From NCBI GenBank assembly GCA_046484865.1, contig JAWOID010000074.1, positions 1-33,562 of the forward strand: 33,562 nucleotides of DNA, in the 5' to 3' direction. The notes under the pieces were generated by a model. That model was not told the DNA's origin. It ran no database searches and saw nothing but the letters and a program-made list of their open reading frames with translations. Position numbers and translations under genes: made by a program. This stretch comes from Candidatus Krumholzibacteriia bacterium. GTDB taxonomy: Bacteria > Krumholzibacteriota > Krumholzibacteriia > LZORAL124-64-63. Shown here piece after piece: positions 21,780 through 30,959 of this stretch. Position 1 is the first letter of the stretch. The number at the start of each line of letters is the position of its first letter.

Positions 21780-22235
21780 ATGGCCAGGAGCGAGACTGCC
21801 GTTCGCCTGCAGGGGGCCGTGGTGTCCGCCATGAAGGCCAGGGATCGCGAGCGGCTGGGCGTGCTGCGCATGCTCCAGGCGGCCGTCAAGCAGAAGGAGG
21901 TGGACGGTCGGCAAGAACTGGACGAGCCTGCCGTCATCCAGGTCATCGCCTCCTATGCCCGCAAGGTCAAGGACCAGCTCGATGGCGCGCGCGCCGGCGG
22001 ACGAGCCGACCTGGTGAGCGCCGCCGAGCGGGAACTGGCCGTCGTCCAGGAGTTCCTGCCTGCCGAGCTGGGGGACGACGAACTGTCGGACCTGGTGCGC
22101 GAGGCCATCGCCGAGACGGGCGCGGCCTCGCCCCGGGACATGGGCCAGGTGATGAAGGCGGTGCTGCCGCGGGTCGCCGGGCGCGCGGACGGAGGGCGCG
22201 TGAGCGCCGAGGTGAAGCGTCAGCTCGGAGCCTGA
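21780..22235 (+). CDS. GatB/YqeY domain protein
   Basis: AMKARDRERLGVLRML.AA, GGRADL...ERE..V...FLP..L, AIAETGA....DMGQVMK, GRADG..VS..VK..L; ATG 21780 after AAGGAG. Confidence 0.92.
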   Translation: MARSETAVRLQGAVVSAMKARDRERLGVLRMLQAAVKQKEVDGRQELDEPAVIQVIASYARKVKDQLDGARAGGRADLVSAAERELAVVQEFLPAELGDDELSDLVREAIAETGAASPRDMGQVMKAVLPRVAGRADGGRVSAEVKRQLGA

Positions 22236-22252
22236 ACAGGGAGGAGGCGAGC

Positions 22253-22855
22253 ATGGTCCTGCTGCTGGCTGTGGCCGCGGCCGTGGTGATCTTCGGCGTG
22301 CTCGGATACCGCTCGGGGCTGGTGCGCCGGCTGGTGGAACTGGCGGGCCTGCTCGCGGTCGTCCTGCTGGCGGGCCGGCTGGCGTCGGCGGCGGCGCCGG
22401 CGATCGGCGCCCGCACGGGGCTCGACCCGAGCGAGACGCTGGTGGCCGCGTTCGCGGTGGTCGCGATCGCGGGCCTGATCGCCGTCCGCTTGCTCGGCTG
22501 GGTGGCCTGGCGCACCGTCCGCCTGACGGTGCTGGGTCCGGTGGACCGGTGGGGCGGCGCCCTCGCGGGCGCGGCGGCGGGCTGGCTGCTGGCGAGCATC
22601 CTGCTGGTCGCCATGACGCAGGTTCCGGGGGGGCGGGCGCTCACCGAGGAGGCGCGCCGCCAGCCGCTGCTGGGAGCGGTGCTGCGCACGGCCCCCGAAC
22701 TGTACCTGCGGGCGCAGAACCTCTGGAGCCGGCACGGCGACGAGCTGTGGGAGCGCGCCCTGGAGACCAGCCGCCGCACCGCAGCGGCCGCCGACCGGCC
22801 GCGGCTCCCGCCCGGCGCCGACCCCCTCGGCCGCGGAGCGGGGCTCGAGAGTTGA
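22253..22855 (+). CDS. CvpA (colicin V production) family membrane protein
   Basis: Four hydrophobic segments, GYRSGLVR.L..L.G and LGPVDRWGGALAG (DR.LG motif); sits upstream of mutS2 as in many bacteria. Confidence 0.8.
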   Translation: MVLLLAVAAAVVIFGVLGYRSGLVRRLVELAGLLAVVLLAGRLASAAAPAIGARTGLDPSETLVAAFAVVAIAGLIAVRLLGWVAWRTVRLTVLGPVDRWGGALAGAAAGWLLASILLVAMTQVPGGRALTEEARRQPLLGAVLRTAPELYLRAQNLWSRHGDELWERALETSRRTAAAADRPRLPPGADPLGRGAGLES

Positions 22856-25323
22856 TCGGTCTGCTCGCCAGGATCCGCGCCGCCGCGCGCGGGGACGGCC
22901 CGGGGCGCGGCGACGAGGGGGCGCGCGGGCTGCGTCTGCTCGAGTGGGAGCGCGTCACCGACCAGATCGCTCGCCGCTGCCTGAACGCCGGCGCCGCTGC
23001 CGCCGTGCGGGCGCGCTTGCCGTACTCCGCCCTCGAACCGATCGCCCTGCGCCACACGCTCGCCGACGAGTTGCGCCCCTTCGGCGACAGCGGCCGCTGG
23101 CCGCCCCTCGCCGACGTGTCGAGCGCCCTGGTCCCGCTGGAAGGAGATCCGCCCTTCCGTCTGGAAGGACCCGAGCTGGTGGCGATGGCCGCGGCTGCCG
23201 AGGCGCTCGACGCCCTGCGCGACGTGCTGCTGGAGCGGCGAGAGCCGTGTCCCACCTGGGGCCGGGCGGCCGCCGAGGCGGCGTCGCTGTACGGGATCGG
23301 CTCCGCGGTGCGACGCTCCCTGGACCGCGACGGCCGCGTACGCGACGACGCTAGCCCCCTGCTCGCGCGCCTGCGCCGCGCCTGTGCCCAGCGCGAGCAG
23401 GACGTGCGTTCCGCCGTGGAGGCGGCGATGACCCGCGCCCGCAACGCGGGGTGGACCACCGGTCGCGAGGTGACCCTGCGCGGCGACCGCTACTGTCTGC
23501 CCCTGCGTGCCGGCGACTCGCGGCGCATTCCGGGTATCGTCCACGACCGATCCGCCACCGGCAACACGCTGTTCGTGGAGCCCGCCGAGGTGGTGCGCGC
23601 CCACAACGAGTTGACGGAGATGCGTCTGGAGGCGGTGGCCGAGGAGCGACGCATCCTCTTCGAGTTGAACCGGCTGGTGGAGCAGGCGGCCGGCGATCTG
23701 CTCGAGAACGCCGCCTTGCTGCTGCTGGTGGATGAGACGCGCGCCGCGCTCCTCTGGAGCCGCGACGCGTCCGCGGCGCGGCCACGCCTGGCCGAGGGCG
23801 GGCCTCTGCGCCTGGTACAGGCCCGCCATCCCCTGCTGCTGGAGCAGGGCGACGTCGAGCGAGTGGTGCCGCTGGACCTGGAACTGCCGCCCGACCGGCG
23901 GGCCCTGGTGATCAGCGGGCCGAACGCCGGCGGCAAGTCGGTGGCGCTGAAGACGGTGGGCGTGTGCGTGCTGCTCGCGCAGAGCGGCTGGGACGTGCCG
24001 GCCCGCGAGGATTCGCGGCTGCCGCTCTACGTGCGGGTCCTCGTCGATCTGGGCGACGAACAGTCGATCGCCCAGTCCCTCAGCAGCTTCGCCGCGCACC
24101 TGGCGCACCTCGGGCGCTTCCTCGAGTCGGCCGACGCGCGCACCCTGGTGCTCACCGACGAGATCGGCAGCGGCACCGACCCGCAGGAGGGGACGGCGCT
24201 CGCGTTCGCCGTGCTCGAGGAGCTGACCGCACGCGGTGCCACCGTGCTGGCCTCCACGCACTTCGGTCTGCTCAAGGCGGCGGTGGCCGACCATCCGGCC
24301 ATGCTGAACGCGGCCATGGACTTCGACGAGGCGACGCTCAGCCCCCGTTTCACCCTGCGCATGGGAGTGCCCGGCTCGAGCCACGCGTTCGCCATCGCGT
24401 CGCGCTGGGGGTTCCCGCCCGAGCTGCTCGAGCGTGCTCGTCGCCGCGTCGGCGAGGAGCGGGTGGAGGTGGAGCGCCTGCTCGCCGACCTCCAGGAGCG
24501 TACGCGCGAGACGGTGGAGACGGGCGAGCGGGCGCGGGCGCAGGAGGAGGAGAGCGGACGATTGCGGCGGGAACTGGCGAGTCGCCTGAAGGAGATCGAC
24601 CGCGAGCGTCGCGGGGAGCTGGCCGAGGCGCGGCGCCGGGGCGAGGAGATGCTGCGGCAGGGGCGCAGCGAGATCGAACGTGCGATCCGCGAGATCCGCT
24701 CGCAGGGGGCCGCGCGCGAGGTGGTTCGCACGGCCCGCGACCGCCTGGCTGAACTGGAGAGCCGCCTGCCCGCAGGGCCCGCCGCCGGAACCGGCGAGCC
24801 GGTCGAGCTGCGCGAGGGGGACCGGGTGAGCATCCCGCATCTCGGCCTCACCGGTCGGGTGGTCGAGGTGCGCGGCGACCGTGTCACGGCGCTGGCCGAC
24901 GGCCTGCGCCTGAATCTGGGCCGGAGCGCCGTGGAGCCGCTGGCCGGCGCAGGCGGCGCCACTTCCAGCGACGCCGGGCCGGTCCCGGTCGCCTCTGCCG
25001 GGGGAGACAGCCAGCCGCGGGCGGGCTCGGCGAGCGCCGGCGGAGGGTGGCGCTGGCAGGATGGCCCGCCCGACATCTCGCCGGAGATCGACCTGCGGGG
25101 GGAACGGGCCGAGGAGGGCTGGGAGCGTTTGGACCGTCTCATCGACCGCGCCATCCCGGCGGGGCTGCGCCGGCTCCACGTGGTGCACGGCGTGGGGACG
25201 GGGCGCCTGCGCGAGCACCTGCTGGACCGGTTGCGCCACGATCCTCGGGTGGCGGCCGTGCATCCGGCCGGACCGGGACCGGGGCAGATGGGAGCCAGCG
25301 TCGTGATCCTGGCGGGCGACTAG
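22852..25323 (+). CDS. mutS2: Endonuclease MutS2 / ribosome-collision factor
   Basis: LEW..V, GIVHDRSATGNTLFVEP, ARHPLL, Walker A ISGPNAGGKSV.LK, LSSFAAH, DEIGSGTDPQEG, STH, GVPGSSHA, coiled coil, KOW-like segment, Smr domain (IDLRG...VHGVGTGRLR). Start inferred at TTG 22852 overlapping the cvpA stop. Confidence 0.93.
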   Translation: MIGLLARIRAAARGDGPGRGDEGARGLRLLEWERVTDQIARRCLNAGAAAAVRARLPYSALEPIALRHTLADELRPFGDSGRWPPLADVSSALVPLEGDPPFRLEGPELVAMAAAAEALDALRDVLLERREPCPTWGRAAAEAASLYGIGSAVRRSLDRDGRVRDDASPLLARLRRACAQREQDVRSAVEAAMTRARNAGWTTGREVTLRGDRYCLPLRAGDSRRIPGIVHDRSATGNTLFVEPAEVVRAHNELTEMRLEAVAEERRILFELNRLVEQAAGDLLENAALLLLVDETRAALLWSRDASAARPRLAEGGPLRLVQARHPLLLEQGDVERVVPLDLELPPDRRALVISGPNAGGKSVALKTVGVCVLLAQSGWDVPAREDSRLPLYVRVLVDLGDEQSIAQSLSSFAAHLAHLGRFLESADARTLVLTDEIGSGTDPQEGTALAFAVLEELTARGATVLASTHFGLLKAAVADHPAMLNAAMDFDEATLSPRFTLRMGVPGSSHAFAIASRWGFPPELLERARRRVGEERVEVERLLADLQERTRETVETGERARAQEEESGRLRRELASRLKEIDRERRGELAEARRRGEEMLRQGRSEIERAIREIRSQGAAREVVRTARDRLAELESRLPAGPAAGTGEPVELREGDRVSIPHLGLTGRVVEVRGDRVTALADGLRLNLGRSAVEPLAGAGGATSSDAGPVPVASAGGDSQPRAGSASAGGGWRWQDGPPDISPEIDLRGERAEEGWERLDRLIDRAIPAGLRRLHVVHGVGTGRLREHLLDRLRHDPRVAAVHPAGPGPGQMGASVVILAGD

Positions 25324-25392
25324 GCCCTGTCCGGGAACCCTCGGACCGCACAGGCGTACAGCGCGACGGGAGAGAGTTCCCGGACAGGGCCT
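25322..25392. repeat. 17-bp perfect inverted repeat with a 37-nt spacer (MITE/REP-like)
   Basis: AGGCCCTGTCCGGGAAC (25322-25338) is the exact reverse complement of GTTCCCGGACAGGGCCT (25376-25392). Confidence 0.9.
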
Positions 25393-25427
25393 GGCTGGGC
25401 GTTCCACGAGCAGTCCGCCCCCGGCAT

Positions 25428-25457
25428 TTGCGCGACCGGGGGGGCATGTACTATGCT
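25428..25457 (+). promoter_or_regulatory. Candidate sigma70-type promoter of dnaG-rpoD
   Basis: TTGCGC-N18-TATGCT about 45 nt upstream of the dnaG ATG. Confidence 0.45.
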
Positions 25458-25500
25458 CACGAGTCGCCCCCGGCCCGCCATCAGGAGCGTTCAGGCGCCG

Positions 25501-27309
25501 ATGTCGCCCGTCATCCCTCCGGAGATCATCGCCAGGATCAAGGACGAGACCGATATCGTCGAGCTGATCCGGGGCTACGTGACGCTGCGTCCGGCCGGCG
25601 CCAGCTACAAGGGACTCTGTCCATTCCACGCCGAGAAGACCCCGAGCTTCCACGTCAATCCGGCCCGGCAGTTCTACAAGTGCTTCGGCTGTGGAGCCGG
25701 CGGCGACGCCATCGCCTTCCTCATGACGGTGGAGAGCCTCTCGTTTCCGGAGGCCCTCGAGACGCTCGCCCGCTCGCTCGACATCGACCTTTCCCGCTAC
25801 CTGCAGGATGACGACGACGAGGGCGACGGCGAACGGCGCGCCTTTCTGCGCGCCCACGAGACGGCCGCGGCGATCTACCGCGAAACGTTGTGGGACGAAC
25901 GCGAGGGCCGCGACGCGCGGGCGTATCTCGTCGACCGCGGCTTCGAGCCGGAGATCCTCGCCGCGTTCGACGTGGGCTGGGCGCCCCCGTCCACGCGCTG
26001 GCAGCAGCGCCGGCTGGCGGAGGCGGGGGTGAACCGCGAGCTCGCGCTGCGCTCGGGTTTGTTGCGACAAAAAAACGAAAGCGAGCCCTTTGCCTATTTC
26101 CGCAGCCGCATTATATTTCCCGTCACGAACATAGCCAAGCAGGTGACGGGCTTCGGCGGCAGGATCGTGGGGCAGGGTGAGCCGAAGTACCTCAACTCGC
26201 CGGACAGCGCGTACTACAGCAAGGGGAAGCTCCTCTATGGCTTCGCCGCGTCGCGTCTGCCCATCGCCCGCAGCCGCACGGCCATTCTCGTGGAGGGCTA
26301 TCTCGACCTGCTCGCCCTCGCCCAAGCCGGTATCAACAACGCCGTGGCCACGTGCGGAACGGCTTTCACAGCGGATCAGGCGCGCCTGATCCGGAGAGGT
26401 GCGACCTCGGTCGTCATGCTCTTCGACGGGGACCGGGCGGGCCTCCACGCGGCGGTCAAGTCGTGCCAGGTGGCCCTCGCCGCCGGGCTCGACCCCACCG
26501 TGGCGCGATTGCCGGCCGGGGAGGATCCGGCCTCGTTGATGCAGCGGGGAGAGTGCGGAGAGCTGCGGCGCGTGCTGGCCGAGGCACAGCCGTACCTGAA
26601 GCTCCTGGTCGCGCTGGTGCAGGAGCGCGGTGCGGGCCGGCGCGGCCGCGAGCGAGCGCTGCGGCAGGCTCTCGTGTCGATCGGCGGCGTGGCCGACCCG
26701 ATCCGCAAGGAGTACCTGCTGCAGGAAGCGGCGGAGCTGTTCGAGATCAGACCGAACCTGCTGCGGGAGGAACTCGCCCGCCAGGAGGCCGACGAGCGGC
26801 GCGGGTCACGGCGACGCGCGGCCGCCACGGCGGCCGGCGAGATCGGAGCGGACGCCCCGGCTCGGGGTGCGGACGTCGGGCCGGCGGCTGCGGCCACCGC
26901 GACCGCTGCCGACCCGGACGCCGGCAGCCGGCCGTCCCGGTTGCGCAGCTTCCGGAGAGTGGATGTCGAGGAGATCGAGCGCGTGCTCTTCGCCCACGTC
27001 CTGCGTGACGGCAGTGGTCTGGCGGCGCGCACCTTCCTCGCCGAGCGGGGCGACCTCCCGCTCTCGGGCGAGGCGGCGGAGCGACTGGCCGCGGAACTGG
27101 CGGCCTGGCATGGTCAGGAGGGAGATCAGGACCGGACACCGGCCGACTTCGTCCAGCGCAGCTGGTACGGAGATGGTGACGAGGATTACCGTTCCTACGT
27201 CACCGACGTGATTGCAAAGGAGGGAGTGCCCGACCAGACGGACTTCGTCCGCGCCGTGCGCGACAGCCTCGCGAGGCTGCGGCTCGGCCGCGGTGCGAGA
27301 CCGCACTGA
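25501..27309 (+). CDS. dnaG: DNA primase
   Basis: CHC2 finger GLCPFHAEKTPSF...KCFGCG, FRSRIIFP, GFGGR, PKYLNSP, TOPRIM VEGYLD / FDGDRAG / EDP. ATG 25501. Confidence 0.96.
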   Translation: MSPVIPPEIIARIKDETDIVELIRGYVTLRPAGASYKGLCPFHAEKTPSFHVNPARQFYKCFGCGAGGDAIAFLMTVESLSFPEALETLARSLDIDLSRYLQDDDDEGDGERRAFLRAHETAAAIYRETLWDEREGRDARAYLVDRGFEPEILAAFDVGWAPPSTRWQQRRLAEAGVNRELALRSGLLRQKNESEPFAYFRSRIIFPVTNIAKQVTGFGGRIVGQGEPKYLNSPDSAYYSKGKLLYGFAASRLPIARSRTAILVEGYLDLLALAQAGINNAVATCGTAFTADQARLIRRGATSVVMLFDGDRAGLHAAVKSCQVALAAGLDPTVARLPAGEDPASLMQRGECGELRRVLAEAQPYLKLLVALVQERGAGRRGRERALRQALVSIGGVADPIRKEYLLQEAAELFEIRPNLLREELARQEADERRGSRRRAAATAAGEIGADAPARGADVGPAAAATATAADPDAGSRPSRLRSFRRVDVEEIERVLFAHVLRDGSGLAARTFLAERGDLPLSGEAAERLAAELAAWHGQEGDQDRTPADFVQRSWYGDGDEDYRSYVTDVIAKEGVPDQTDFVRAVRDSLARLRLGRGARPH

Positions 27310-27480
27310 CGTTCTGGCGGCGGCAACGGTCGTGAAGGCCGGAATCCCGGGCGACGGGGGCCTTGGGGGCGAATCGATTCGCCCGAGCACATGGCACCGC
27401 ACCGGGCCCGGAGATCGGCGACAGCGAACGTTCGCAGCCGCGGCGGAACCGGGATCCGAAACGGGGGTGACGGAGACGGT

Positions 27481-29211
27481 ATGGATAGTATGCGCTTCAA
27501 TACCATCATAGCGGGCGTCAGGAAGGCTGCCGGCACCAAGGGCGGCTACATCCTGAACGACGAGATCAACGCGTTGCTGGGCGACGACGAGCTCGACCTC
27601 GATCTGATCGACCGCATCTACGAGAAGCTGGGCGAACTCCAGATCGAGTTCTTCGACAGCGAGGAGGAGGCGCGCAGGAAGCTGGCGACCCGTGCCAGCA
27701 AGGAGAAGAAGAAGGCGGCGGTCCTCAGGAAGGTCGCGCGGACCAACCTCAAGTACGACGACCCCGTGCGCATGTACCTGCGCGAGATGGGCCGCGTCCC
27801 GCTCCTCACCCGGCAGGGCGAGGTGAACCTGGCCAAGCGCATGGAGGAGGGGCGGCTGGCGGTCATCCGCGCCACCCTGCGCTCCCAGCGCACGCTGCAG
27901 GAGTTGCGCCAGGTGGCACATCAACTCGTGGCCGAGAACATCCACGTGGACGAGGTCATCCAGCAGGACTCCAGCACCTGGACCACCAGCCTGTCTCCTC
28001 GCCGGGAGGCGCGCCGCATCCTGCGCCTCATCGATCGCATCGAGAAGCTGCAGCAGGAGATCGCCGCCCACAAGGCGGACCTCGACGGCTGCGGCAGCAG
28101 CCAGCGGGTGGCCACGCTCACGCGGATGATCCAGACGCGGGAGCAGAAGATCCTCGAGCTGTTCCTGGAACTGCAGCTGGCGCCGGCGCAGCTGGAGCTG
28201 CTGGCGAACAAGCTGCTCAACGAGCACAAGCGCGTGCACGAGATGAAGTCGCAGGCGACCGAGCTCGAGCGGCGCGCGGGCTTCCCGTTCGAGCAGATGT
28301 CCGGTGCACTCAGGCTGGGGGCGGCGGAGATCGCCGAGGAGCAGCGCGACCGCGTGGCCGAGGCCCACCGCATGATCAAGTCGCTCCGCAAGAAGTGCCA
28401 GGAGACGGAGCGGCAGGTGGGGCTGAGCGAGGCCGAACTGGAGGACATCGGCAGCGCCATCGCCGCCGGGAACGACCAGGTGGCGCGCGCGCAGCGCGAG
28501 ATGATCGAGGCCAACGTGCGCCTCGTGATCAGCATCGCCAAGCGTTACACCAACCGCGGCCTGGAATTCCTGGACCTGATCCAGGAGGGGAACAGCGGGC
28601 TCATGCGGGCGGTCGAGAAGTTCGATTATCGCAAGGGCTACAAGTTCTCCACCTATGCCACCTGGTGGATCCGGCAGGCCATCACCCGGGCGATCGCCGA
28701 TCAGGCCCGCACCATCCGCGTGCCGGTCCACATGATCGAGGCCATCAACAAGGTGAACCGCACGCACCGTCAGCTGCTGCAGGAGCTCGGGCGCGACCCC
28801 ACGCCGGAGGAGGTGGCCGCCGAGCTGAGCATGCCCCTGGAGAAGGTGCAGGGCGTGCTCAAGGCGAGCATGGAGCCCATCTCCCTCGACCGGCCCATCG
28901 GCGAGGACGAGGACAGCAACCTCTCCGATTTCATCGAGGACGAGAACGCGCCCTCGCCGGCGCGGGTGGCGGCGCACGCCATGCTCAGGGACCAGATGAC
29001 CCGGGTCCTCAGCACCCTGTCCAGGCGCGAGGAGAAGGTCATCCGCCTGCGCTTCGGACTCGGCGACGGCACGCCCCGGACGCTCGAGGAGGTGGGGACG
29101 ATCTTCAAGGTCACCCGCGAGCGCGTGCGGCAGATCGAGGCCAAGGCCCTGCGCAAGCTGCGGCACCCCAGTCGCAGCCGCAAGCTCAAGGGCTACGGTG
29201 AGATGGTGTGA
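27481..29211 (+). CDS. rpoD: RNA polymerase primary sigma factor
   Basis: [91 protein letters not shown]; has region 1.1 and a long non-conserved region. ATG 27481 after GGAG. Confidence 0.98.
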   Translation: MDSMRFNTIIAGVRKAAGTKGGYILNDEINALLGDDELDLDLIDRIYEKLGELQIEFFDSEEEARRKLATRASKEKKKAAVLRKVARTNLKYDDPVRMYLREMGRVPLLTRQGEVNLAKRMEEGRLAVIRATLRSQRTLQELRQVAHQLVAENIHVDEVIQQDSSTWTTSLSPRREARRILRLIDRIEKLQQEIAAHKADLDGCGSSQRVATLTRMIQTREQKILELFLELQLAPAQLELLANKLLNEHKRVHEMKSQATELERRAGFPFEQMSGALRLGAAEIAEEQRDRVAEAHRMIKSLRKKCQETERQVGLSEAELEDIGSAIAAGNDQVARAQREMIEANVRLVISIAKRYTNRGLEFLDLIQEGNSGLMRAVEKFDYRKGYKFSTYATWWIRQAITRAIADQARTIRVPVHMIEAINKVNRTHRQLLQELGRDPTPEEVAAELSMPLEKVQGVLKASMEPISLDRPIGEDEDSNLSDFIEDENAPSPARVAAHAMLRDQMTRVLSTLSRREEKVIRLRFGLGDGTPRTLEEVGTIFKVTRERVRQIEAKALRKLRHPSRSRKLKGYGEMV

Positions 29212-29248
29212 TCGGACCGGCGGTGGGGCGTGGCTGAGCGGACCGGGG

Positions 29249-29277
29249 TTGACCTCCGCGACCCGGCGGGTTATTTT
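29249..29277 (+). promoter_or_regulatory. sigma70-type promoter of tRNA-Ile2/Val
   Basis: TTGACC-N17-TATTTT, 15 nt upstream of the tRNA. Confidence 0.65.
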
Positions 29278-29292
29278 GCGCCTCCGGTTTCA

Positions 29293-29369
29293 GGGCCCAT
29301 AGCTCAGTCGGTCAGAGCAGCTGGCTCATAACCAGCGGGTCCCAGGTTCAAGTCCTGGTGGGCCCACCA
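29293..29369 (+). tRNA. tRNA with CAT anticodon, most likely tRNA-Ile2 (lysidine)
   Basis: GGGCCCA/TGGGCCC acceptor (paired 1:72, so not initiator; C4:G69 and C5:G68 as in TilS substrates), GCTGG-CTCATAA-CCAGC, CCA; 77 nt; located just after rpoD like E. coli ileX. Elongator Met is not excluded. Confidence 0.85.
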
Positions 29370-29428
29370 GACAGCGCCGGGATGGGCTCCGGACAGCGGG
29401 ATGGGCCTCAGGCCGAGGAGACGACGGA

Positions 29429-29505
29429 GGGCGATTAGCTCAGCTGGCTAGAGCGCTCGCCTCACACGCGAGAGGTCACTGGTTCAAGTCCAGTATCGCC
29501 CACCA
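29429..29505 (+). tRNA. tRNA-Val (CAC)
   Basis: GGGCGAT/ATCGCCC acceptor, CTCGC-CTCACAC-GCGAG anticodon arm, TTCAAGT, CCA; 77 nt. Confidence 0.96.
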
Positions 29506-29566
29506 TCCCTCCGTTCCGCTCCGGCCGCGGGTTGGGCCGGTCGGATGCCAGCAGCCGAGTCGAAGC

Positions 29567-29600
29567 GGAGGGTGCTCTCGAGCGCCCTTCTTCCATTTCT
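29567..29600 (+). terminator. Probable intrinsic terminator after the tRNAs
   Basis: GGAGGGTGCT-CTCG-AGCGCCCTTC stem-loop followed by TTCCATTTCT. Confidence 0.55.
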
Positions 29601-29703
29601 GGTGACCGGCGCGCCGGGTTCCGCGCGCGGGGCCCGGCTTCCGGATCCCGGGCGGGACCAGGGAGACGGGATTACGGATCGCCGTTCCGCCGCGGAGGTT
29701 GGC

Positions 29704-30405
29704 ATGTTGCAGGAACCGCAGACGCTCGCCGAGCTGCTGCGTGCGCTCGAGCGCAGCGACGACCTGCGCAGCCTCGCCCGGGAATGCGGCCTGACCGCGC
29801 GCGAGTTGCGCCGGCGCCTGGCGGTGTGGCGCCGGGACCTGGCCGCCGACGACCAGCGCGCCGGCTCCGGCCGGGACGCGGGTGAGGGGGCGTCCTCGGA
29901 CGTCGCGCCGGCTCCGGCCGGAACGGCCGACCCGTGGCCCGAACTGCCCGATGCCGATGCGCTGGCCACCAGCCCCCTGCCGGGAAGCGGCAGCCGGATC
30001 CTGGCGATCCATACCGATGGCGCCAGCAAGGGCAACCCGGGGCCCGCGGCCATCGGCGCGGTGTTCCGCCAGAAGGACGGTCCGCTTCTCTGCGGCCTGT
30101 CGCGCGCCATCGGCCATGCCACCAACAACTCCGCCGAGTACCGGGCCGTCATCGCCGCCCTCGAGCTGTGCTCCCGCTGGAAGGTGAGGCGGGTGCATCT
30201 TCACGTCGACAGCGAGCTGGTGGCGCGCCAGCTGCAGGGGCAGTACCGCGTCAAGAGCGTGGATCTGCGGCCGCTGTACCAGCGGGTGGTCCACCTGGCC
30301 CGGGATCTGCAGGTCTTCCGGGTGCAGCACGTACCTCGCGAGCAGAACGCCCACGCCGACCACCTGGCGAACCTTGCCCTCCGCCGCGCGTCGAACCCCC
30401 GCTGA
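29704..30405 (+). CDS. rnhA: Ribonuclease HI (archaeal/actinobacterial-like type) with an N-terminal helical extension
   Basis: TDGASKGNPGPA, ATNNSAEY, VDSELVARQ..G.YRVK, HVPREQNAHAD.LAN: all four acidic catalytic residues present. ATG 29704 after GGAGGT. Confidence 0.85.
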   Translation: MLQEPQTLAELLRALERSDDLRSLARECGLTARELRRRLAVWRRDLAADDQRAGSGRDAGEGASSDVAPAPAGTADPWPELPDADALATSPLPGSGSRILAIHTDGASKGNPGPAAIGAVFRQKDGPLLCGLSRAIGHATNNSAEYRAVIAALELCSRWKVRRVHLHVDSELVARQLQGQYRVKSVDLRPLYQRVVHLARDLQVFRVQHVPREQNAHADHLANLALRRASNPR

Positions 30406-30547
30406 CCTCGCGCCATCTCCTCGGCGCCGGCTGACGGCGCCCGCCGGCCGCCGTCCGCCGATCGGTCCGCGTGCTTGGCTGCCCGTCCCGCCGCCAGCCC
30501 GGTCGCCGGTCGGGCCGGGAACCCGGCGCCGGCGAAAGGGTTTTGTT

Positions 30548-30576
30548 GTGACAAAGGGCCATCCAGGTCCTATGAT
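30548..30576 (+). promoter_or_regulatory. sigma70-type promoter of rnpB
   Basis: GTGACA-N17-TATGAT, ending 6 nt before the rnpB P1 helix, with a T-rich upstream tract. Confidence 0.7.
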
Positions 30577-30582
30577 TCAGGC

Positions 30583-30959
30583 GGGAAGTCGGTGAGACGG
30601 TCGCGGACCTCCGCGGTCCGAGGAAAGTCCGGGCTCCACAGGGCAGGGTGCCTGGGTAACGCCCAGGAGGAGCGATCCTAGGAAAGTGCCACAGAAAATA
30701 TACCGCCACGTCATGCCGCGAGGTGCGGCGGGGTAAGGGTGAAATGGTGAGGTAAGAGCTCACCGCGTTCCTGGTGACAGGAACGGCAGGGTAAACCCCC
30801 CCGGAGCAAGACCAAATAGGGGAGGACGAGGTGGCCCGCCTCGCTCGACTCCCGGGTAGGTCGCTCGAGGCCGTCGGTGACGGCGGCCCTAGATACATGA
30901 CCGTCGCCGGCGTCTCCTGGAGACGGCGGCAACAGAACCCGGCTTACGTCCGACTTCCC
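30583..30959 (+). ncRNA. rnpB: RNase P RNA, bacterial type A
   Basis: P1 GGGAAGTCGG/CCGACTTCCC; conserved GAGGAAAGTCCGGGC, AGTGCCACAGAAA, GGGTGAAATGGTGAGGTAAGAGC, GGTAAACCCC..GGAGCAAG, AACAGAACCCGGCTTA. Confidence 0.97.

Noticed and set aside
21967..26448. 1493-aa minus-strand ORF and the many other long antisense or alternate-frame ORFs
   Set aside because: Stop-poor shadow frames expected at this GC content; they lack motifs and overlap well-supported + strand genes.
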